Source: Proteromonas lacertae
Taxonomy: Eukaryota
Length of the DNA stretch: 20,000 nucleotides
Assembly (NCBI GenBank): GCA_002245135.1
Contig: NGBS01000308.1
Location: forward strand, 111,997-131,996
Direction of reading: 5' to 3'
Shown: in pieces, positions 12,534-20,000 of the stretch
Layout: the number at the start of each line of letters is the position of its first letter
How positions within the stretch are numbered: the stretch's first letter is position 1
Notes under the pieces: generated by a model
Told to the model about the DNA's origin: nothing
What the model saw: only the letters and a program-made list of their open reading frames with translations
Databases searched by the model: none
Made by a program: the position numbers and the translations under genes

Positions 12534-12785
12534 GAGTAAAATCAAAAAATAATTTCAAGCTTCTATCAAGCCTAATCAAAATCTAACTAAAAGGGTTAAA
12601 ATATGTTTAGTATAATGTATTATGTTGATAGATACAATACTAAATAGTTTAAACAGAAAATCAAAAAATCTTAAGGAAAAGTGTTTTTAATATAAGCAAG
12701 ATAGAAGAATAGCGAAAAATTTATATTTATTGATAACATTTTGCTTAAACTATAGATATTCTATAAGAAATGAAAATGAATGAAA

Positions 12786-12858
12786 CTACTATTCAAAATA
12801 GATTTGCACTTTATTATAAGATTATCTATTTAAACATAAATTCTATTTTGAATAGTAG
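12786..12858. repeat. Perfect 17-bp inverted repeat with 39-nt spacer in divergent intergenic region
   Basis: ctactattcaaaataga (12786-12802) is the exact reverse complement of tctattttgaatagtag (12842-12858). Confidence 0.9.
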
Positions 12859-12913
12859 ATTTGAAATATATTTTTGTTTACTCTTTTGTTAATCGTGTTT
12901 TGAGTAATATAAT

Positions 12914-15900
12914 ATGAGTGATTCATCTTTCGACGATGGATATGATGATGTAAACCTTCCAGGTATTCCTATTCACCAATTTTCGCAAAGTCCACATAAA
13001 AATAAAGTCAGTCCATCAAAATATATCAGACCACCAGAAGCTCCTTCTAATATATATAAATCTACTCAAAGAGGTATAATAACATGTATATAATTAAATA
13101 GTACCTGCAACTATGAAGAACTTAAATGAACATAGAATTGGACCTAATAAGGTGTACGTAACAGCTCCACCTCCAATAAGGAAAAGAACTCCAATACAGG
13201 AAATAATAGATCCAATGAATCCCGCTGGAGGTGGAGTGTCTGTTGATAAATCATCTTTAGACTTAATGAAAGATTATCTAAAACCAAGAGATTTGTCATA
13301 CAAAAGACATTACTGTAAATACTATTCTTTGATGAGTATAATTTATTAACCTATATTTATAGCTCTCTTTTGTTTAATTGTATTTGCTATTTATTCTCTT
13401 ATCATTTTCTTTGTATATAAATCGTATATGAAATCTCATTACAAAATCTCCATTGATTCAAACACGCTTAATCTTAATGCATTTAAAATTGAAAAGTTCA
13501 ATGGAATATATACTCAGTTCTATAATGAGTCAAACACTCCAATTGCTAAAGAGAAGACTAAAGTGAAAACTAAAATCGTTAATCATAACATTAGAAGTGA
13601 TAGAAAATTAGCAGCTTCTACAATAGCTCCTACAACTTCAATACCTTCAACAGCTGCACCACCACCACCAACAACTACTACTACAGCTGCACCAACCACT
13701 TCTTCACCAACCACTTCTTCACCATCCACTGCTAATCCAACTGCAACTTCTAATCCAACAACAGCATCTCCTACATCAACTACAATTCCAACATCTTCAG
13801 ATCCAACAACATCTGTACCAGCAACAACAACAACGACAATTCCAACTAACGTAATAGATGATGAACCATTTCCAAATATTCCAGAAGATGAATATAATTA
13901 CAAAAACAGCAAAACAGTCTCAGATTCTAAAGCAATAATTGACTCACAGAATCATTTATTCCTTACTACAAGTGGATTGAAGAGTAATAATTTAGAAATT
14001 AATCAAAATACTCAATTTTATGGTAATGTATCAATGGGTAATAATGATGACTTAGCAAATATAAAGATGAATGGATTGACTGAAATTTCATCATTAAAAA
14101 TCACTAAAACTATTAATTTAATGAATGCAATATTTAAATATAATGCTAGCTATCCATCTTCTACAAAATATAAATACCAAAATGTTACAATAGGCCAATT
14201 AGATGTTTATACACTTAATGCCCAAACAAAATTGTGTAATATCTCAATAGCTGATTTCACAACTATCAATAATATCAACTATGGTAGGTAATAATATTAG
14301 TTCAAATATAGGTAGTTTAAGAATTGAAGGAAATAAAACAATCGATGAAAATGCTGCTGTTTTATTGGGTAGGACAAATATGACTGATTGGTTAAATGCT
14401 TCAAAAATAATAAGTGAAAATATTATTATTGAATCTTCTTCAATAAAAGGAGTTGATGCTTTTAGACACTAAAACAATAACAGTAGAAAATATTAACACT
14501 TCCAGCAGTGATGGATTTATAAAAATATTAGATTCAATAAATATGACTAATTACAACATATCAAATATAAATCTTTTACACAGTGAAAATATAGATGTTC
14601 ATTATATTAATACTACTGATCCAGGAGGTAGTATAGTAATACAAAATCCAGTGTATTTAAGTGAACAGAATATGACAGGTGTAGGTTTATTATCATCTGA
14701 TCAAATACATGTAAATGATATTTATTTAAATGACAATGTTAATTATCAGAATATTATTATTCATAATAACATTTCTTTAGGTAATAATAATTTATATGGA
14801 AATGAGATGATTGTTAATACAATATCACAATCATCTGGAACTGTTTCTATAAATAGTAATATTGACATGACATTACATAATATAGAAAATGTGAATAATT
14901 TGAATTTAAAACAGTTAAATGTAGGAACAATTGGTAGCAATATTGCAAATGGAGTAATAAATTTAGCTGATGATTTAGATTTGATGAAATTACAGAGTAT
15001 TAGAAATGGAAAAGAAATTGAAAGTTCTACAATCAAAATAGATTCTATTTCATCTTTAAACAACAAAAAAATAGATGTTTATAATAATATTGATATGAAT
15101 ATGAAGGATATTAAAAAAGTCACAACAATTCAAGCAAAACTTGGAAATATTGATAAATTAATGGCACAACAAGGAATGATAGATGTTTTATCTCCTATTA
15201 ATTTGAGAGATAACAGTATTGTAGGTGTTTCTACAAATAATTGTAGAAAAAATAAATAGCAATAGAGGAACAATAACAATGAATAGTAATTTAGACTTTC
15301 AAAATACTTATTCAATTTATAAATGTTAAAGATCTTTACAGTCAATAATTTCAATGTAGGACCAGATGAGTAGTGGAACAATCAATGTTGGTACAATGCA
15401 AAGTAGTATTGGTTGTGGAGGTACAATAATGATAAGTAGTAATTTAGATATGTTAAATCATAATATAGTACATATAAAAGAGTTTGAAGCTGAAAAGATT
15501 TCTGGAAATACTTTAAGTATAAACAACATTCAAGTATTAACAGGTAGTTCAATCAATATCTTGAATGATGTAAATCTATCAAAGATGAAAATATCTAATA
15601 TAGAAGAGATGAGTAGTGGAACAATCAATGTTGGTACAATGCAAAGTAGTATTGGTTGTGGAGGTACAATAATGATAAGTAGTAATTTAGACATGTTGTT
15701 GAATGATATAAAGTTAATAGATATGGAAATAAGTAGTACAATCAAAGATGTTTGAAGCTGAAACAGATTTGGAAATAATATTAAGGTATAGTAGAGAACA
15801 ATTCAATGTATTAACAGTAGTTCAATCAATATCTTGAATCATGTAAATCTATCGAATGATGATAAATATTAATATAAGAAGAGATGAGTAGTGGAACAAT

Positions 15901-18900
15901 CAATGTTGGTACAATGCAAAGTAGTATTGGTTGTGGAGGTACAATAATGATAAGTAGTAATTTAGATATGTTAAATCATAATATAGTACATATAAAAGAG
16001 TTTGAAGCTGAAAAGATTTCTGGAAATACTTTAAGTATAAACAACATTCAAGTATTAACAGGTAGTTCAATCAATATCTTGAATGATGTAAATCTATCAA
16101 AGATGAAAATATCTAATATAGAAGAGATGAGTAGTGGAACAATCAATGTTGGTACAATGCAAAGTAGTATTGGTTCTGGAGGTACAATAATGATAAGTAG
16201 TAATTTAGATATGTTAAATCATAATATAGTACATATAAAAGAGTTTGAAGCTGAAAAGATTTCTGGAAATACTTTAAGTATAAACAACATTCAAGTATTA
16301 ACAGGTAGTTCAATCAATATCTTGAATGATGTAAATCTATCAAAGATGAAAATATCTAATATAGAAGAGATGAGTAGTGGAACAATCAATGTTGGTACAA
16401 TGCAAAGTAGTATTGGTTGTGGAGGTACAATAATGATAAGTAGTAATTTAGACATGTTAAATATAATATAGTACATATAAAAGAGTTTGAACTGAAAAGA
16501 TTTCTGGAAATACTTTAAGTATAAACAACATTCAGTATTAACAGGTAGTTCAATCAATATCTGAATGATGTAAATCTATCAAGATGAAAAATTAATATAG
16601 AAGAGATGAGTAGTGGAACAATCAATGTTGGTACAATGCAAAGTAGTATTGGTTGTGGAGGTACAATAATGATAAGTAGTAATTTAGATATGTTAAATCA
16701 TAATATAGTACATATAAAAGAGTTTGAAGCTGAAAAGATTTCTGGAAATACTTTAAGTATAAACAACATTCAAGTATTAACAGGTAGTTCAATCAATATC
16801 TTGAATGATGTAAATCTATCAAAGATGAAAATATCTAATATAGAAGAGATGAGTAGTGGAAACAATCAATGTTGGTACAATGCAAAGTAGTATTGGTTGT
16901 GGAGGTACAATAATGATAAGTAGTAATTTAGAATGTTAAATCATAATATAGTACATATAAAAGAGTTTGAAGCTGAAAAGGATTTCTGGAAATACTTTAA
17001 GTATAAACAACATTCAAGTATTAACAGGTAGTTCAATCAATATCTTGAATGATGTAAATCTATCAAAGATGAAAATATCTAATATAGAAGAGATGAGTAG
17101 TGGAACAATCAATGTTGGTACAATGCAAAGTAGTATTGGTTGTGGAGGTACAATAATGATAAGTAGTAATTTAGACATGTTAAATCATAATATAGTACAT
17201 ATAAAAGAGTTTGAAGCTGAAAAGATTTCTGGAAATACTTTAAGTATAAACAACATTCAAGTATTAACAGGTAGTTCAATCAATATCTTGAATGATGTAA
17301 ATCTATCAAAGATGAAAATATCTAATATAGAAGAGATGAGTAGTGGAACAATCAATGTTGGTACAATGCAAAGTAGTATTGGTTGTGGAGGTACAATAAT
17401 GATAAGTAGTAATTTAGATATGTTAAATCATAATATAGTACATATAAAAGAGTTTGAAGCTGAAAAGATTTCTGGAAATACTTTAAGTATAAACAACATT
17501 CAAGTATTAACAGGTAGTTCAATCAATATCTTGAATGATGTAAATCTATCAAAGATGAAAATATCTAATATAGAAGAGATGAGTAGTGGAACAATCAATG
17601 TTGGTACAATGCAAAGTAGTATTGGTTGTGGAGGTACAATAATGATAAGTAGTAATTTAGACATGTTAAATCATAATATAGTACATATAAAAGAGTTTGA
17701 AGCTGAAAAGATTTCTGGAAATACTTTAAGTATAAACAACATTCAAGTATTAACAGGTAGTTCAATCAATATCTTGAATGATGTAAATCTATCAAAGATG
17801 AAAATATCTAATATAGAAGAGATGAGTAGTGGAACAATCAATGTTGGTACAATGCAAAGTAGTATTGGTTGTGGAGGTACAATAATGATAAGTAGTAATT
17901 TAGACATGTTAAATCATAATATAGTACATATAAAAGAGTTTGAAGCTGAAAAGATTTCTGGAAATACTTTAAGTATAAACAACATTCAAGTATTAACAGG
18001 TAGTTCAATCAATATCTTGAATGATGTAAATCTATCAAAGATGAAAATATCTAATATAGAAGAGATGAGTAGTGGAACAATCAATGTTGGTACAATGCAA
18101 AGTAGTATTGGTTGTGGAGGTACAATAATGATAAGTAGTAATTTAGACATGTTAAATCATAATATAGTACATATAAAAGAGTTTGAAGCTGAAAAGATTT
18201 CTGGAAATACTTTAAGTATAAACAACATTCAAGTATTAACAGGTAGTTCAATCAATATCTTGAATGATGTAAATCTATCAAAGATGAAAATATCTAATAT
18301 AGAAGAGATGAGTAGTGGAACAATCAATGTTGGTACAATGCAAAGTAGTATTGGTTGTGGAGGTACAATAATGATAAGTAGTAATTTAGACATGTTAAAT
18401 CATAATATAGTACATATAAAAGAGTTTGAAGCTGAAAAGATTTCTGGAAATACTTTAAGTATAAACAACATTCAAGTATTAACAGGTAGTTCAATCAATA
18501 TCTTGAATGATGTAAATCTATCAAAGATGAAAATATCTAATATAGAAGAGATGAGTAGTGGAACAATCAATGTTGGTACAATGCAAAGTAGTATTGGTTG
18601 TGGAGGTACAATAATGATAAGTAGTAATTTAGATATGTTAAATCATAATATAGTACATATAAAAGAGTTTGAAGCTGAAAAGATTCTGGAAATACTTTAA
18701 GTATAAACAACTTTAAGTATAAACAACAGGTATTAACAGGTAGTTCAATCAATATCTTGAATGATGTAAATCTATCAAAGATGAAAATATCTAATATAGA
18801 AGAGATGAGTAGTGGAACAATCAATGTTGGTACAATGCAAAGTAGTATTGGTTGTGGAGGTACAATAATGATAAGTAGTAATTTAGACATGTTAAATCAT

Positions 18901-20000
18901 AATATAGTACATATAAAAGAGTTTGAAGCTGAAAAGATTTCTGGAAATACTTTAAGTATAAACAACATTCAAGTATTAACAGGTAGTTCAATCAATATCT
19001 TGAATGATGTAAATCTATCAAAGATGAAAATATCTAATATAGAAGAGATGAGTAGTGGAACAATCAATGTTGGTACAATGCAAAGTAGTATTGGTTGTGG
19101 AGGTACAATAATGATAAGTAGTAATTTAGATATGTTAAATCATAATATAGTACATATAAAAGAGTTTGAAGCTGAAAAGATTTCTGGAAATACTTTAAGT
19201 ATAAACAACATTCAAGTATTAACAGGTAGTTCAATCAATATCTTGAATGATGTAAATCTATCAAAGATGAAAATATCTAATATAGAAGAGATGAGTAGTG
19301 GAACAATCAATGTTGGTACAATGCAAAGTAGTATTGGTTGTGGAGGTACAATAATGATAAGTAGTAATTTAGATATGTTAAATCATAATATAGTACATAT
19401 AAAAGAGTTTGAAGCTGAAAAGATTTCTGGAAATACTTTAAGTATAAACAACATTCAAGTATTAACAGGTAGTTCAATCAATATCTTGAATGATGTAAAT
19501 CTATCAAAGATGAAAATATCTAATATAGAAGAGATGAGTAGTGGAACAATCAATGTTGGTACAATGCAAAGTAGTATTGGTTGTGGAGGTACAATAATGA
19601 TAAGTAGTAATTTAGACATGTTAAATCATAATATAGTACATATAAAAGAGTTTGAAGCTGAAAAGATTTCTGGAAATACTTTAAGTATAAACAACATTCA
19701 AGTATTAACAGGTAGTTCAATCAATATCTTGAATGATGTAAATCTATCAAAGATGAAAATATCTAATATAGAAGAGATGAGTAGTGGAACAATCAATGTT
19801 GGTACAATGCAAAGTAGTATTGGTTGTGGAGGTACAATAATGATAAGTAGTAATTTAGACATGTTAAATCATAATATAGTACATATAAAAGAGTTTGAAG
19901 CTGAAAAGATTTCTGGAAATACTTTAAGTATAAACAACATTCAAGTATTAACAGGTAGTTCAATCAATATCTGAATGATGTAAATCTATCAAAGATGAAA
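12914..20000 (+). CDS. Giant type II membrane repeat protein, paralogue of the 4660..<1 gene; frameshifted in this sequence; 3' end outside window
   Basis: ATG 12914 (MSDSSFDDGY..), 28-nt intron 13074-13101, 48-nt intron 13315-13362. TM helix SLFCLIVFAIYSLIIFFVY, Thr/Pro-rich stalk, a region homologous to gene 1 (NVTIGQLDV..TKLCNISI vs NITVGQLNV..TKICNVTI), degenerate ~40-aa repeats, then 81-aa repeats. Frame breaks at ~14285, ~14462, 15240-15365, 15695-15883, 16460-16600, 16861-16981, ~18685-18730 and ~19971. Confidence 0.8.
13611..13850 (+). other. Mucin-like Thr/Pro/Ser-rich low-complexity stalk
   Basis: Translation AASTIAPTTSIPSTAAPPPPTTTTTAAPTTSSPTTSSPSTANPTATSNPTTASPTSTTIPTSSDPTTSVPATTTTTIPTN. 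Confidence 0.9.
15366..20000 (+). repeat. Coding tandem array of >=19 near-identical 243-bp (81-aa) units
   Basis: atgagtagtgga unit starts at 15366, 15609, 15884, 16127, 16370, 16606, 16849, 17093, 17336, 17579, 17822, 18065, 18308, 18551, 18805, 19048, 19291, 19534, 19777. Unit = MSSGTINVGTMQSSIGCGGTIMISSNLDMLNHNIVHIKEFEAEKISGNTLSINNIQVLTGSSINILNDVNLSKMKISNIEE. Confidence 0.97.

Noticed and set aside
12373..12579. 68-aa ORF as an independent gene
   Set aside because: It overlaps several micro-exons and introns of the 12533..10940 gene and starts at TTG.
6960..14470. Programmed +1 frameshifting (Euplotes-like) or RNA editing, since about eight breaks are all +1
   Set aside because: Most extra bases extend a homopolymer or duplicate a neighbour. 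The LRR consensus places shifts (e.g. ~9305, ~7777) well upstream of the stop, not at an AAA-TAR site. Sequencing insertion error is simpler; raw reads would settle it.
15366..20000. CRISPR array or non-coding satellite
   Set aside because: Units are 243 bp, in frame, lack unique spacers and vary at synonymous sites, so they are coding repeats; the same applies to 1-1968.
1..20000. Prophage or endogenous virus because of fibre-like repeats; stop-codon reassignment
   Set aside because: No capsid, integrase, polymerase or packaging genes are present, all genes carry spliceosomal introns, and spliced frames read in the standard code.

Overview
AT-rich, gene-dense eukaryotic DNA with very short GT-AG introns (mostly 25-39 nt; longest 69 nt) and a TGTTTGTT motif downstream of one stop codon. 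This combination suggests a Blastocystis-like gut stramenopile (inference). Hand splicing gives five genes. (1) 4660..<1 (-): a type II membrane protein of more than 1500 aa, missed by the ORF track, whose ectodomain ends in a mosaic array of near-identical 246-bp and 228-bp units. (2) ~5050..7265 (+): a BTB-BACK / putative Ig / SPRY-like protein. (3) 10784..7353 (-): an N-myristoylation-motif, atypical Ser/Thr kinase fused to about 24 RNI-type LRRs. (4) 12533..10940 (-): an 11-exon hypothetical gene with a run of symmetric phase-2 micro-exons. (5) 12914..>20000 (+): a paralogue of gene 1, with the same two intron positions, a TM helix, a mucin-like stalk and at least 19 near-identical 243-bp units. 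The most notable system is the pair of outward-pointing, paralogous, giant fibre-like surface-protein genes. Each has amplified a different module of a shared ~40-aa beta-repeat, and the pair brackets two signalling/ubiquitin-adaptor genes. Many single-base frameshifts look like long-read consensus errors.
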